A stretch of DNA of 64,000 bases from Puniceicoccaceae bacterium (GTDB lineage: Bacteria; Verrucomicrobiota; Verrucomicrobiia; Opitutales; Oceanipulchritudinaceae): contig JBFOMH010000012.1 in assembly GCA_040830765.1 (NCBI GenBank), forward strand, positions 31,370 through 95,369. The letters are read 5' to 3'. The notes under the pieces are model-generated. The model saw only the letters and a list, made by a program, of their open reading frames with translations. It did not search any database and had not been told where the DNA came from. Position 1 is the first letter of the stretch; each line of letters begins with the position of its first letter. The position numbers and the translations under genes are program-made. This document shows positions 1 through 11,100 of the stretch, one piece after another.

Positions 1-2
1 CT

Positions 3-1064
3 TTCCATGTCGAACATGGTGCCCGGATGGTGCCATTCGCTGGTTGGGAAATGCCGGTCCAGTACACCTCAATTCTTGAAGAACACCGGGCCGTCCGCGA
101 ACAGGCGGGGCTGTTTGATGTCAGCCACATGGGGGAAGTGCGCGTCCATGGCGCAGATGCCCAGGCCTACCTGAACCACCTCGTGACCAATGATGTCACC
201 CGGCTCGAAACCGGAAAGGCCCTCTACACTGTCATGTGCTACCCGGACGGGGGCGTGGTCGATGACCTCATTATCTACCAGGTCGGGGATGAGGAATACC
301 TCCTCTGCATCAATGCCGCAAATGTGGAAAAGGATGTCGAGTGGATGGCCGGTGGTGTCCAGGGCTATGACTGCCTCGTCGATGATGTCTCCGGGACCTT
401 TGGCCAACTGGCCGTGCAGGGACCCAAGGCCATGGCCATTGTCAATGAGGTGACCGGACAGGACCTGTCCGGCCTCGGACGCTTCCATTTCATCCAAGGG
501 GACTTTTTCGAAACCCGCGCCCTCATCAGCCGGACCGGCTACACTGGCGAGGACGGCGTGGAGATCTACCTTCCGGAAGGCGAAACTTCGCGCGTCGCCA
601 ATCTCATCTACGAATCCGGCAAGGAACACGGCCTCAGCCTGACCGGACTAGGTGCCCGCGACAGCCTGCGGCTGGAGGCCGGTTATCCCCTCTACGGTCA
701 CGAAATCAGCAATACCATCGATCCCATCTCAGCCGGGCTCGGCTGGGTGGTCAAACTGGCCAAGACGACCGACTTCACCGGCCAGGAGGCTCTCCGCGAA
801 ATCAAGGAAACGGGCCCCGAAAAGAAGGTCGCCTTTTTCCGCATGGATGACCGGCGCATCGCCCGCCAGGGCACGCCTGTCCTCGACAAAACCGGTTATG
901 CGGTTGGGAAGGTCCTTTCCGGGACCCAGTCCCCAATGCTCAACAAGCCCATTGGTTCCGCCCGCGTCCCTGCCGAAATGGCCGTCCCGGGCGCCGAGCT
1001 CTTTGTCGATATCCGGGGCAACCACCTCCCCATCGAAATCGCCAAGCCGCCGCTGCATAAATGA
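3..1064 (+). CDS. gcvT: Glycine cleavage system aminomethyltransferase T (5' end lies upstream of the window)
   Basis: Frame open from the window edge ([21 protein letters not shown]); motifs [32 protein letters not shown]; gcvH follows. Confidence 0.96.
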   Translation, partial: FHVEHGARMVPFAGWEMPVQYTSILEEHRAVREQAGLFDVSHMGEVRVHGADAQAYLNHLVTNDVTRLETGKALYTVMCYPDGGVVDDLIIYQVGDEEYLLCINAANVEKDVEWMAGGVQGYDCLVDDVSGTFGQLAVQGPKAMAIVNEVTGQDLSGLGRFHFIQGDFFETRALISRTGYTGEDGVEIYLPEGETSRVANLIYESGKEHGLSLTGLGARDSLRLEAGYPLYGHEISNTIDPISAGLGWVVKLAKTTDFTGQEALREIKETGPEKKVAFFRMDDRRIARQGTPVLDKTGYAVGKVLSGTQSPMLNKPIGSARVPAEMAVPGAELFVDIRGNHLPIEIAKPPLHK

Positions 1065-1068
1065 TCAG

Positions 1069-1236
1069 CTACAGGCGAGACGCCTGTAGTCCTTTCATGG
1101 TTCCAATGGAGTACAGGCGTCCCGCCTGTACACGCCACCAGCCATCAGCCTCCAATGGAGTACAGGCGTCCCGCCTGTACGCGCCACTAGCCATCAGTTT
1201 CCCAACGGAGTACAGGCGTCTCGCCTGTACGCGCCG
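1069..1236. repeat. REP/BIME-like palindrome cluster: three tandem 49-50 bp units plus one inverted hairpin
   Basis: Units start at 1103, 1152 and 1202 (CCAAYGGAGTACAGGCGTCYCGCCTGTAC...), each with hairpin GTACAGGCG-3nt-CGCCTGTAC; oppositely oriented copy CTACAGGCGAGACGCCTGTAG at 1069-1089. Confidence 0.85.
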
Positions 1237-1299
1237 CATATGCGCCTTTTCCCGCATTTTGCTGTTGTCAGGAGGCACGGGGCTGCATTGAACATCCCC

Positions 1300-1680
1300 A
1301 TGAGCGACATTCCGGAAACCCTCAAGTACACCGCCGAGCATGAATGGGTCCGTCTCGAAGAGGATGGGACCGCCACAATCGGCATCACCGATTACGCCCA
1401 GTCCAGCCTTGGCGACATCACTTTCGTCGAGCTGCCTGAGGTCGATGAGTCCTTCTCCGCCGGGGAATCCTTCGGCGTTGTCGAATCGGTGAAAGCGGCC
1501 AGCGACCTTTACATGCCGGTCGCAGGCAAGGTCATCGCTGTCAATGACGCCCTCAGCAACGCGCCCGAGGCTGTCAATGGCGACCCCTATGGCGAGGCAT
1601 GGATGGTCCGCATCCAACTGGAGGACGCCGCCGACCTCGAGGGCCTGATGGACGCCGCGGCCTACGGGGAGATTATTTAG
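1300..1680 (+). CDS. gcvH: Glycine cleavage system H protein
   Basis: [31 protein letters not shown], lipoyl-lysine motif [11 protein letters not shown]. Confidence 0.96.
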   Translation: MSDIPETLKYTAEHEWVRLEEDGTATIGITDYAQSSLGDITFVELPEVDESFSAGESFGVVESVKAASDLYMPVAGKVIAVNDALSNAPEAVNGDPYGEAWMVRIQLEDAADLEGLMDAAAYGEII

Positions 1681-1745
1681 GTTGATTCTTGGGCCAAGAG
1701 GCCCACAGTTGGCTGTTTTTTACCATCGTTCAATCCAAGCTATAT

Positions 1746-2057
1746 ATGGAAAACAACCTTATCTTCTTCGCCCAGTCCGGGGCACAGCAGGGCAGCCCCC
1801 TGATGCAGTTCCTGCCCTTTATCCTCCTGATGGTCGGTTTCTGGTTTCTCCTCATCCAGCCGCAGCGCAAAAAGCAGAAGGAACATGCCAATATGCTGAC
1901 CCAGCTCAAGCCGGGTGACAAGGTCATCACCGCAGGTGGAATCGCGGGCACGATCACGCACGTCAAGAAGGACCGCTTCCAGGTCAAAATCGACGACAAT
2001 ACCCGGATCGATGTCCTCAAGGGCTCCATCCAGGCGCTCGATACCACGGAAAGCTGA
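1746..2057 (+). CDS. yajC: Preprotein translocase subunit YajC
   Basis: TM segment then IQPQRKKQKEH..L..LKPGDKVITAGGI; directly upstream of secDF. Confidence 0.94.
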   Translation: MENNLIFFAQSGAQQGSPLMQFLPFILLMVGFWFLLIQPQRKKQKEHANMLTQLKPGDKVITAGGIAGTITHVKKDRFQVKIDDNTRIDVLKGSIQALDTTES

Positions 2058-2138
2058 GCATTTCCCCAACCAGCTGCTGTGCAGCAGGCTGCCCGGAGCT
2101 ACCCCCGCAAAACTCTCATTTAGATCTAAGCATTACAC

Positions 2139-4787
2139 ATGAACGGAACGAATCTTTTCAGGCTAGTCATCACCGTATTGCTCACCCTGTGGGCAGTCAC
2201 CGAGCTCATGCCACCGACCAGCACGCCCTTCGAGGAATACCTCATGGGCCAGGTTGTTGAAAACGTCAATGACGCTGGCGAGGTCGATAAGACCAAGGAA
2301 GAGAACCTGGCTGAATTCCAGGCTTTGGTTGAGCGCGCCAATGTCCTTGTGGCAGAGGCCGGCGGCGATGCCACTTCCCCGTACGCCACCCTCTACACGG
2401 CCCTGCTGCGTATGGCCAAGGATGAGCGTATTGATATCTCCCAATACTTTTCTGACATCCGCATCCAGGATATCCGCAACCTCGACAAGAAGAACAAGAT
2501 TCTCCTGACCGAGCTCCTGCGTCGCTCCAAGGGTGAAATCAGCCTCGGTCTCGACCTCAACGGCGGGGTCGCCATCACCTTTGAGGTGAATGAGGAGAGC
2601 CTCTCTGGTGACGGCCTGTTCCGTCAGCGCCAGTTGGAGGACGCCCGCGGGGTTATTCTTGATCGTGTTGACGGTCTTGGCGTGGCCGAGCCGGTTGTCC
2701 GCGTCAAGGGCTCCAACCTGATCGAAGTCCAGATGCCGGGCATCAACACCGAGGACAATCCCAACATCGCTGAAACCATTGGGGCCCCTGCCCTCCTGGA
2801 GTTCAAGTTGCTCCACCGGACAGCCCGCCCGGTCCCCGGCGCGGAACCGCCCTTGGGCTACGAGGTGAAGGTCCAGGAATTTGAAGATCCGGAAACGGGC
2901 GAAATCCGTGAAGAGGCCTTGTACCTCAAGATTATTCCGGTCATGACCGGGGAGATTATCGACGATGCCGGCCCGCAGATTAACCAGACGGGCGGCTACG
3001 AGGTCTCCATGAATTTCACCTCCGAAGGCCGCAAGCAATTCGCCGAGGTAACCGGACAGATTGCGGCCGAAAACACGGACTTCAGCATCGGCCGCATGGG
3101 AATTGTCCTCGACGGCAAGCTCATCTCCTCACCGACGGTCCGTGAGCGCATCAACAGTGATGCTGCCCGCATCACCGGCAGCTTCACCCAGCGGGAAGCT
3201 TTCGAACTGGCCAATGCCCTTAACAATCCGCTGGCCATTGAACTGGAAGTTGCGGAAATGTACGAAGTCGGCCCGACACTGGCCCGCGACGCCCGCGATA
3301 CCAGTATCCGTGCCGGCATGTATGGCGGCCTTCTGGTTGTTGTCTTCATGATCATCTACTACGGGGTGGCCGGTATCGTCTCGATGCTGACGGTTATCCT
3401 GAACCTGCTTCTCGTCATCGGCGCCCTGGCCAGCTTCGGAGCCACCATTACCCTTCCGGGTGTGGCCGCGCTCGTCCTGACCATCGGGATGGCCGTTGAC
3501 GCCAGCATCCTCATTTTCGAACGTATCCGGGAGGAAATAAACGCCGGCAAGAGCCTACACAACGCTCTCGTGGCCGGCTACGACAAGGCCTTCTCGACCA
3601 TTGTCGACGCCAACGTGACGACCCTTATCACCGCCCTCATCCTGGTCTGGCTGGGTAGCGGTCCGGTCCGTGGTTTCGGTGTCACGCTGAGTGCCGGTAT
3701 CATCGCCACCGTCTTCTGCAGCCTTGTCACCAGCCGTTTCATCCTCGAGGTCCTGGTGACCACCAACATCGTCAAGAAGTTGTTCCACTGGCAACTCTTC
3801 AAGAACACCAACTTCACTTTCCTCGATTATGCCAAGAAGGCCTTCATCTTCTCCTGGATTCTGGTCACCCTCGGGGTTGTTTCCTTCTACCTCCACCGGG
3901 ACCAGGCCTTCGGTATCGACTTCACCGGTGGTGACGAACTGACCATCCACTACGACCAGCAGCTGACTTCCGAACAGGTTGAGGCGGCCGCCGAGAATGC
4001 CCAGTTCATCACCGATGACGGGGACAGCATTGGCTACGGCGAAGTGAATGTCTTCTTCCAGACTCCGCTTGGCGCGGACGAGGAACTGATGATTGTGCAG
4101 ACCGAAATGGGCAAGGGTGAACAGTTCTTTGCCGCCCTCGAGGAAGCCTATCCGGAAGCCGGGCTGAGTGAAATCGGCCGGACCCAGATTGGTTCCGCGG
4201 TGGGCAGCGAGGTCACCCGCAGTGCGGTCATTTCCATCGTCGTGGCCCTGCTGGGCATCCTCACCTACATCGCCTTCCGCTTTGAGTTCGGTTATGGCCT
4301 CGGGGCGGTTGTCGCCACGGTGCACGACATGCTCATGACCATCGGTATCTTTGTCACCCTCGGGGAATTCCTCGGTATTGGCAGTGGACAATTCACCGCG
4401 CCGATGATTGCCGCCATCCTCATGACCGTTGGTTACTCCATCAATGACACCATTGTTGTCTTTGACCGCGTCCGTGAGGAACTGGAGCTGAATCCGGGCA
4501 TGAACCTCCGCAAGGTGGTCCACCAGTCCATCAACCGGGTCTTGAATCGGACAGTCCTGACCAGTTTGACCACCTTGTTCGCCTCCTTCACGTTGTTTAT
4601 CTTCGGGGCCGGGGTCATCAAGGACTTTGCCCTCGTCTTCCTGCTCGGCATTCTGACCGGTACATTCTCTTCGGTCTTCATCGCCAGCCCGGTTTTCTAC
4701 TGGTATCACAAGGGAGATCGGAAATCAGTCGAGAAGGGGGAAATCCTCCCCAGCTACGACTGGACAGCTGAAAAATCCAAAGGTTGA
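2139..4787 (+). CDS. secDF: Fused protein translocase subunit SecDF
   Basis: SecD motifs LGLDLNGG, GMAVDASILIFERIREE, TIVDANVTT; SecF motifs GIDFTGG, GYSINDTIVVFDRVRE. Confidence 0.96.
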   Translation: MNGTNLFRLVITVLLTLWAVTELMPPTSTPFEEYLMGQVVENVNDAGEVDKTKEENLAEFQALVERANVLVAEAGGDATSPYATLYTALLRMAKDERIDISQYFSDIRIQDIRNLDKKNKILLTELLRRSKGEISLGLDLNGGVAITFEVNEESLSGDGLFRQRQLEDARGVILDRVDGLGVAEPVVRVKGSNLIEVQMPGINTEDNPNIAETIGAPALLEFKLLHRTARPVPGAEPPLGYEVKVQEFEDPETGEIREEALYLKIIPVMTGEIIDDAGPQINQTGGYEVSMNFTSEGRKQFAEVTGQIAAENTDFSIGRMGIVLDGKLISSPTVRERINSDAARITGSFTQREAFELANALNNPLAIELEVAEMYEVGPTLARDARDTSIRAGMYGGLLVVVFMIIYYGVAGIVSMLTVILNLLLVIGALASFGATITLPGVAALVLTIGMAVDASILIFERIREEINAGKSLHNALVAGYDKAFSTIVDANVTTLITALILVWLGSGPVRGFGVTLSAGIIATVFCSLVTSRFILEVLVTTNIVKKLFHWQLFKNTNFTFLDYAKKAFIFSWILVTLGVVSFYLHRDQAFGIDFTGGDELTIHYDQQLTSEQVEAAAENAQFITDDGDSIGYGEVNVFFQTPLGADEELMIVQTEMGKGEQFFAALEEAYPEAGLSEIGRTQIGSAVGSEVTRSAVISIVVALLGILTYIAFRFEFGYGLGAVVATVHDMLMTIGIFVTLGEFLGIGSGQFTAPMIAAILMTVGYSINDTIVVFDRVREELELNPGMNLRKVVHQSINRVLNRTVLTSLTTLFASFTLFIFGAGVIKDFALVFLLGILTGTFSSVFIASPVFYWYHKGDRKSVEKGEILPSYDWTAEKSKG

Positions 4788-4813
4788 ACCAACTATCGGA
4801 GGTAAGCGCTTAA

Positions 4814-6529
4814 ATGCGGTGGATCAGGCCCTCGCTCAATCACGGGCAGGCAGGCCATGTTGCTCGCCAGTTTGGCATCAGCCAGGTGGTGGCCAACCTG
4901 CTTCTTAACCGGGGCCTCGCGGAACACGAACAGATCGAGCAATTCCTCAATCCGCGGCTGCAGTCGCTGGATGATCCCCTCAAGCTGACCAACATGCCGG
5001 AAGCGGTTGCCCGGGTCGAGCAGGCCTTGCAACGGCAGGAGTCCGTCCTCATTTTTGGCGATTACGATGTCGATGGCGTGACTTCGACGGTTTTCCTGAC
5101 CCATTTCCTGAGACAGTTCGGGCTCAATCCGTCATTTGTCGTTCCCAAGCGGCTCGAGGAAGGCTACGGGCTTTCGATGGATTCGCTGCAACGGGCCCTT
5201 TCCGATGGCAAACCGGATCTGCTCATCGCTGTCGATTGTGGGACCAGCAGCGCGGAGGAAATTGCCTGGCTGCGCCAACAGGGCATCTCCGTACTGGTAC
5301 TGGACCATCACACTTCCAAGGAAGCGTTGCCGGAGGATTGCCTGCTGGTAAATCCCCACGTCCACGACGGGGATGATGTGCCCTGGAAAAATCTCTGTTC
5401 GGTCGGTCTGGTCTTCAAGTTTTGCCATGCCTTTATCAAAGTGTTGCGCGACAAGGGCGATCACCTCGCCGAACAAACCGACCTCCGCGATTACCTCGAC
5501 CTTGTTGCCATGGGAACGGTGGCCGATCTCGTCCTGCTCGAGGGGGAAAACCGGATCCTTGTGAAGCACGGGCTGACCCGCCTGCGCCGCTGCCGGCGCC
5601 CGGGTGTCTGTGCCTTAATGGAAGTCGCGGGCATCCAGCTCGGCGAAGAGATTTCCCCCTTCGACATCGGATTCAAGATTGGTCCCCGTATCAATGCCAG
5701 TGGCCGACTCGACGATGCCACCATGCCCATTGACCTGCTGCTCAATGAGGATTGGACCAGCTGCAGCAAGTCCGCGCGTCTGCTCGATTCCTTTAACCGC
5801 GACCGCCAGGATATCGAGCGGGCCATTACCGAGGTCGCTGAAAGGCAGGTCACTGAGCAATTCGCCGATAACCAAGGCGTAATCCTCCATGGTGCCGACT
5901 GGCATACCGGGGTTGTCGGGATCGTGGCCAGCCGCATCGCCCGCAAGTTCAACCGCCCCGCACTCGTTCTCGGCTCCGACGGGGACGGATTGTTAAAAGG
6001 CTCCGGACGCAGTATCGAAGGCGTCGACCTGGTGGAAATCCTCAAGGGCTGCACCGAACACATTACCCAGTGGGGCGGCCATCCCATGGCCGTGGGACTG
6101 ACCGCGGAAGCGGATAAGATAGATGCCCTCCGGGAGGCATTTGATACCGCCCTTCAAAAGCAGTTTCCGGAAGGACTTCCCGAGCCGGTATTGAAAATCG
6201 ATGCCACAATGCAGGCCGATGAATTGACGGAATCCCTACTCGAGGAACTGAGCGCATTGGCACCATACGGACAGGGCAATCCGGAGCCTATCCTCGCTGT
6301 CACGGGTGTCTCCATCGGGAACATTTCACCCCTTGGAACCGGGCATATCCGCTTTAACATCGAGCGTGGCTACAACATGCCGCCGGTGGATGGCGTTGCC
6401 TGGGGAATGGCTGAAAATCCACCCCCGACGGGCATGCCGGTGGACCTTGCCGTACGCTACCACTGGCATACCTGGCGCGGCCGGAAGTCCCAGCGGGTCA
6501 CCCTGCTCGACTGGCGGCATTCCACCTGA
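4814..6529 (+). CDS. recJ: Single-stranded-DNA-specific exonuclease RecJ
   Basis: DHH motifs GDYDVDG, VDCG, LDHH, GTVAD, GPRINASGRL; DHHA1 GSGRS and GGHPMAVG. Confidence 0.95.
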   Translation: MRWIRPSLNHGQAGHVARQFGISQVVANLLLNRGLAEHEQIEQFLNPRLQSLDDPLKLTNMPEAVARVEQALQRQESVLIFGDYDVDGVTSTVFLTHFLRQFGLNPSFVVPKRLEEGYGLSMDSLQRALSDGKPDLLIAVDCGTSSAEEIAWLRQQGISVLVLDHHTSKEALPEDCLLVNPHVHDGDDVPWKNLCSVGLVFKFCHAFIKVLRDKGDHLAEQTDLRDYLDLVAMGTVADLVLLEGENRILVKHGLTRLRRCRRPGVCALMEVAGIQLGEEISPFDIGFKIGPRINASGRLDDATMPIDLLLNEDWTSCSKSARLLDSFNRDRQDIERAITEVAERQVTEQFADNQGVILHGADWHTGVVGIVASRIARKFNRPALVLGSDGDGLLKGSGRSIEGVDLVEILKGCTEHITQWGGHPMAVGLTAEADKIDALREAFDTALQKQFPEGLPEPVLKIDATMQADELTESLLEELSALAPYGQGNPEPILAVTGVSIGNISPLGTGHIRFNIERGYNMPPVDGVAWGMAENPPPTGMPVDLAVRYHWHTWRGRKSQRVTLLDWRHST

Positions 6530-6542
6530 ACCAAAACCCGGA

Positions 6543-7109
6543 TCAGCCGTCAATCTCCGGCGGTGCGGCAATCATGCCCTCGCAAAGCGCCTTGAGGTTA
6601 CTCAGGCCCTTTTCGTAGTTCATGCCGACAAACTTATCCATCAGCAGGACCATCCAACGGGCAAACAGCTTGTCCCCGACGTCACCCTCAAAGGTCCAGG
6701 TAACGGTTGTCGGGCCAATGGCGTCCTCGGCCGCCAGCAGAATCCGGCTGTAGGACGGGTTCTCCTCGTAGCCCTCGAAGGTCAGCTTGTACTTGATCAG
6801 GCTGGGCGCTTCCACCTCGACGATCTCCATGGTTCCATCTCCGGAGGTCTCACTCTGCCATGAATAAGAAGCGCCCAGGCCAACCCGGTTGTCGCCATAA
6901 GTGACTGTCATGTCAGGGTCCAACTCACCCCAGGGATCCCATTTGCGCCAGGCATCCAAGTCCGATACCTGACTGTAGACCAGTACCGCCGGGGCGGAAA
7001 TCTCAACCGACCGCTCCACATAATAGGCCTTGGGCAGGAAAAAGGAGACGACAATGAACAGGCCAAGCAGGCCACCAACGATGATTAAGAGCCACTTCAG
7101 GAATTTCAT
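6543..7109 (-). CDS. SRPBCC (START-like/polyketide cyclase) family membrane-anchored protein
   Basis: N-terminal TM; VERSVEISAP, W..WDPW...DP, YEKGLSNLKALCE pattern. Confidence 0.8.
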   Translation of the reverse strand: MKFLKWLLIIVGGLLGLFIVVSFFLPKAYYVERSVEISAPAVLVYSQVSDLDAWRKWDPWGELDPDMTVTYGDNRVGLGASYSWQSETSGDGTMEIVEVEAPSLIKYKLTFEGYEENPSYSRILLAAEDAIGPTTVTWTFEGDVGDKLFARWMVLLMDKFVGMNYEKGLSNLKALCEGMIAAPPEIDG

Positions 7110-7180
7110 AAGGGAATTTCCTAGGTAAAAGACCCCTCAAGGGCGAACAGAAAATATTTTACCGGAAATCCCACACAAAG

Positions 7181-7299
7181 GTAGTGAGCGCCTTTACGGC
7201 GCGACTCTCTTTCGCGGGGTAAACCCGCTCGCTACACGCACACGTAGTGAGCGCCTTTACGGCGCGACTCTCTTTCGCGGGGTAAACCCGCTCGCTACA
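7181..7299. repeat. Two identical tandem GTAG-type REP doublets (REPIN-like), period 63 bp
   Basis: GTAGTGAGCGCCTTTACGGCGCGACTCTCTTTCGCGGGGTAAACCCGCTCGCTACA at 7181 and 7244; each begins GTAG, ends CTAC(A) and folds as an imperfect hairpin. Confidence 0.85.
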
Positions 7300-7311
7300 A
7301 AACCGGGGTCC

Positions 7312-8847
7312 CTACCCCTGCATCCGTTCCGCCAGCCAGTTCTCGACTTCGTCCAGCTGGATGCGGACCTGCTCGGTGGTATCCCGATCGCGGATGGTCA
7401 CGGTGCCGTCCTTCTCAATGGTATCGAAATCAATCGTAATGCAGTACGGGGTCCCGATTTCATCCTGGCGCCGGTAACGGCGGCCAATGGCACCGGAAAC
7501 GTCCCAGGCCACGTTCCAGCGGCGCTGCAAGCGCTTGTAGAGCCCGCGGGCGGCCTCGACCAGCGGTGGCTTGTTCTTCAGGAGCGGGAAAACCGCCGCC
7601 TTGAACGGGGCCACCGAGGGATGGAACTTGAGAAGGGTCCGCGTTTCCGGGACGCCCTTGTCGTTAGGCACCTCGTCCTCGCAATAGGCGGCCGTGAGGA
7701 CGGCCAGTACTGTCCGGTCAACCCCGAGTGACGGCTCGACAACATGGGGAATGTACTTCTCCTTGCGTGCCTCGTCGAAGAATTCCATCGACTTGGTACT
7801 GTGCTTCTGGTGCTGGGTCAGGTCGAAATTCCCGCGGCAGGCAATCCCCCAGAGTTCCTGGACCCCAAACGGGAAGGTAAACATCAGGTCGGTTGTTCCC
7901 TTCGAGTAATGGGACAGCTTCTCCTGTGGGTGGACATCCTCGCTGACCATTTCCGCGGGTATCCCGATACTGACCAGCCATGCCTTGCAGGTGTCGATCC
8001 ATTCCCGGTAGACGCGCGGCCAGGTCTCCTCGTCCGGATCGATGAAGTATTCAATCTCCATCTGTTCGAATTCCCGGGACCGGAAGATGAAGTTACGCGG
8101 GGTGATTTCGTTCCGGAAGGCCTTCCCGATTTGAGCAATACCGAAGGGAATCTTCACCCGCCCGGTATCGACCACATTCTTGAAATTCTGGAAAATGCCC
8201 TGCGCGGTTTCGGGACGGAGATAGGAAGTTGCCGAGGCATCGGCCAACGGCCCCACCTGGGTCTCAAACATCAAATTGAACTGGCGCGGCGGGGTCAGCG
8301 TCCCGGGCTTGCCGGTCGCCGGGCTGGGAATGAGCTCGTACTCCTCCGGCTTGGCCTCCGTGTAGTCCTTGAGGACTATCGGGTCCAGCGTCCCCTGCAC
8401 CGCCTGCTTGCGCTTCATTTCGGCGGCCTTTTCCTCGGCCTCCTGTTGCATGGTGCCGTTTTCCTCGACGGAGACATAGCCAATGACCTCTCCATCGACA
8501 CTGACCGGGGAAAAGAAAAGCTGGTCTGCCCGGAAACGCTTCTTCGACTCCTTGCAATCGACCATCGGGTCGTTGAATCCGTCCACGTGCCCGCTGGCCC
8601 GCCAGATTTCCGGGTGCATGATGATCGTCGAATCGAGGCCGACGATGTCGTCCCGTTCGTGCACCATCGCCTTCCACCAGGCGTCCTTGACGTTTTTCTT
8701 CAGCTCGACCCCGAGCGGGCCGTAATCAAAAAAGCCGGCATAACCGCCATAGATTTCGCTGGATTGGAAGATGAATCCGCGCCGCTTGCACAGGGTGACA
8801 AGCGCATCGAGGGTCGGCAGGCTGCCTTGGGCATTTGTTTCAGACAT
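7312..8847 (-). CDS. glyQS: Glycine--tRNA ligase (alpha2 homodimeric type)
   Basis: [65 protein letters not shown]; start placed at MSETN (8847). Confidence 0.96.
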   Translation of the reverse strand: MSETNAQGSLPTLDALVTLCKRRGFIFQSSEIYGGYAGFFDYGPLGVELKKNVKDAWWKAMVHERDDIVGLDSTIIMHPEIWRASGHVDGFNDPMVDCKESKKRFRADQLFFSPVSVDGEVIGYVSVEENGTMQQEAEEKAAEMKRKQAVQGTLDPIVLKDYTEAKPEEYELIPSPATGKPGTLTPPRQFNLMFETQVGPLADASATSYLRPETAQGIFQNFKNVVDTGRVKIPFGIAQIGKAFRNEITPRNFIFRSREFEQMEIEYFIDPDEETWPRVYREWIDTCKAWLVSIGIPAEMVSEDVHPQEKLSHYSKGTTDLMFTFPFGVQELWGIACRGNFDLTQHQKHSTKSMEFFDEARKEKYIPHVVEPSLGVDRTVLAVLTAAYCEDEVPNDKGVPETRTLLKFHPSVAPFKAAVFPLLKNKPPLVEAARGLYKRLQRRWNVAWDVSGAIGRRYRRQDEIGTPYCITIDFDTIEKDGTVTIRDRDTTEQVRIQLDEVENWLAERMQG

Positions 8848-8892
8848 AAGCGGCAATAAATGGGTCCCGTGCCGGAATTGGTCAATATTCAA

Positions 8893-10284
8893 TTACGATG
8901 CGGCGCTGGCTCCAACCCGCTCCAGCCGTCGAAGGACGCAATCGCGCCCGAGGACCTCCAGCATGGGAAGGAAATCCGGGCCGCTGGAGACGCCACTGAC
9001 TGCAAAGCGGGTCAGCGGCCACCAGCGGAAGGGCTTCTCCTGATCGTGGGCAGTCGCAAGCGCATTGAAAGCGGCATCCAGCGAGGCAACGTTCCAGTCG
9101 CCTGCTTCCACCTTGGAGAGGGCGTCCTTCACCTGGCCGGCCAGCTCGGCCGGCTCCCCCTTCTTGAGGATCTTGTTTTTCGTCTTCTCATCCTCGGGAT
9201 AGTCATCGGTGAAGAAATAGCCACAGAACTCCGGCAACGCTTCCAGCGAGGTAATCTTCTCCTGGCAGATGGCCAGCACCCGTTGCAGGTGATCCTCGCT
9301 GTGGTCTTCAGCAATGAGGCCCTTCGCTGTCAGCACCGGCCGGGCAAACCAGGCATAAGTCTCAACCGGCAATTCCTTCAGGTACTGGAAATTGATGTGG
9401 GCGGTCTTGGCCTCGTCGAAACGGGCGGCTCCCTTCTGGATGTCCTTGATATCAAAGGCCTCGATGATCTCCCCGATATCCATGACCTCGCGGTCATCAC
9501 CAGGATTCCAGCCCAGCAGGGCGATGGCATTGCGCACCGCGGCGGGGAGGAAATAGCGTTCCTCGTATTCCTCAATGAGGGCCCCCTTGTCGCGCTTGCT
9601 CATTTTCCCCTTCCCCATTTTCGGGTCCTTCAAAATGAGCGGCAAGTGGGCAAACTGCGGCGGCTTGACCCCGAAGGCATTAAAAAGCTCAACATGCTTG
9701 CTGGTGTTGCTCAGGTGGTCTTCCCCGCGGATGACGTGGGTAATGCCCATGGCAATGTCGTCGACGACGTTGACAAAGTGAAAGGTCGGGCTGCCGTCGG
9801 AGCGGACAATGACGAAGTCCCGGCTTTCCGCCCGGACAACCTTGCCCCGGATGGCGTCATCAATTTCCACCGGTGCGGCCTTCACCTTCTCGATCTCCTT
9901 GCCGTGGTACTCGTCGAACTCGGTGTAGCGCTCCCCTTCCAACTTGAAAAAAGTGGCCCCTTCCTGCTCGTACGTCCGACCGGCTGCTTCCAGCTTGGCA
10001 AGGTATTCCTTGTAGATTTCGCTCCGCTGGCTCTGGAAATAAGGACCATGATCACCCCCGATCTCGGGGCCTTCATCCCAGTCCATACCCAGCCAGCGCA
10101 TGCCCTTGAGCAGGACTTCCAACGCTTCCTCGGTGTTGCGGGCAGCATCCGTATCCTCGATGCGGAGGATGAACTTTCCGCCGGTGTGGCGGGCATAAAG
10201 CCAGTTAAACAAGGCCGTGCGGGCGCTTCCAATATGGAAGAACCCGGTCGGGCTGGGGGCAAATCGTACGCGGACTTCTGACAT
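8893..10284 (-). CDS. gltX: Glutamate--tRNA ligase
   Basis: [15 protein letters not shown] (HIGH-like), [21 protein letters not shown]. Confidence 0.95.
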   Translation of the reverse strand: MSEVRVRFAPSPTGFFHIGSARTALFNWLYARHTGGKFILRIEDTDAARNTEEALEVLLKGMRWLGMDWDEGPEIGGDHGPYFQSQRSEIYKEYLAKLEAAGRTYEQEGATFFKLEGERYTEFDEYHGKEIEKVKAAPVEIDDAIRGKVVRAESRDFVIVRSDGSPTFHFVNVVDDIAMGITHVIRGEDHLSNTSKHVELFNAFGVKPPQFAHLPLILKDPKMGKGKMSKRDKGALIEEYEERYFLPAAVRNAIALLGWNPGDDREVMDIGEIIEAFDIKDIQKGAARFDEAKTAHINFQYLKELPVETYAWFARPVLTAKGLIAEDHSEDHLQRVLAICQEKITSLEALPEFCGYFFTDDYPEDEKTKNKILKKGEPAELAGQVKDALSKVEAGDWNVASLDAAFNALATAHDQEKPFRWWPLTRFAVSGVSSGPDFLPMLEVLGRDCVLRRLERVGASAAS

Positions 10285-10350
10285 AAGGGGACAAGGTTGT
10301 TTGCCTTTCCGTTTGAATTCAAGGCCGATTCAAGGAATGTTACCGCCCAT

Positions 10351-11100
10351 ATGAACATCGAGGCCTATATTGACCGTCTGGAAGCAGCTGCTGGGCGCTG
10401 TGGATTCACCCTTTCCTTCTACGGCCAGATCGGCGAGTCCGGCCTGCCGGTGCTTGAACGCCAATCCGCCGAGGACGCTCCCCAGGTCTATATTTCCACC
10501 GGCGTGCACGGGGATGAACCGGCCGGGCCGATGGCCCTGCTCGAACTGCTGCGCCGCAAGGCCTTTCCTGATTCCGCCAATTATACCTTCTTTCCTATGG
10601 TCAACCCGACCGGACTTGCCGCCGGTACCCGGGAAAATGCGGACGGCGTTGACCTTAACCGCGATTACGGGCTCACACCGGTTGCTGAGGAAACCCGCAA
10701 CCAACTGGAATGGATTGGCCAGCGGCAATTTGACCTCTGTCTCTGCCTGCACGAGGACTACGATGGTGAAGGCTTCTACGTCTACGCCCATGAGGAAGCG
10801 ACTGATCCCAATGATTATGCAGGGATCGCGATCGAGGCCGCCGCGCCGCATACCGGAATCGATCCAAGGGAGGAAATCGACGAGATGCCGGCCAAGGATG
10901 GCCGCATGTTCCCACCCATGGATGTCATGGACAAGTCACGACAAGATTTGCCGGAGGCCCTGCGGCTACTCTTTCACCACGGTGCCAAGGCCAGTGTGAC
11001 TACGGAAACGCCCTCCTGCCAGCCCATTACCCAGCGTATCGAGGCCCAATGCGCGGTCGTTCAGGCCATCCTCAAGGCCTATCTCGAAAAACACGCCTAG
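10351..11100 (+). CDS. M14 family zinc metallocarboxypeptidase / succinylglutamate desuccinylase-like
   Basis: GVHGDEPAG, NPTG...TREN...DLNRDY, LHED zinc-ligand motifs. Confidence 0.85.
   Translation: MNIEAYIDRLEAAAGRCGFTLSFYGQIGESGLPVLERQSAEDAPQVYISTGVHGDEPAGPMALLELLRRKAFPDSANYTFFPMVNPTGLAAGTRENADGVDLNRDYGLTPVAEETRNQLEWIGQRQFDLCLCLHEDYDGEGFYVYAHEEATDPNDYAGIAIEAAAPHTGIDPREEIDEMPAKDGRMFPPMDVMDKSRQDLPEALRLLFHHGAKASVTTETPSCQPITQRIEAQCAVVQAILKAYLEKHA

Noticed and set aside
1069..1236. Possible mini-CRISPR array
   Set aside because: The sequences between hairpins are themselves near-identical rather than unique spacers, and there are no cas genes in the window; better explained as REP tandem units
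1681..1745. gcvP missing after gcvT-gcvH
   Set aside because: Split gcv operons are common; gcvP may lie elsewhere and there is no sign of disruption
3555..10281. Long antisense ORFs (3555-4709 -, 7744-8859 +, 8860-10281 +)
   Set aside because: Shadows of secDF, glyQS and gltX in GC-rich coding sequence; no recognisable motifs
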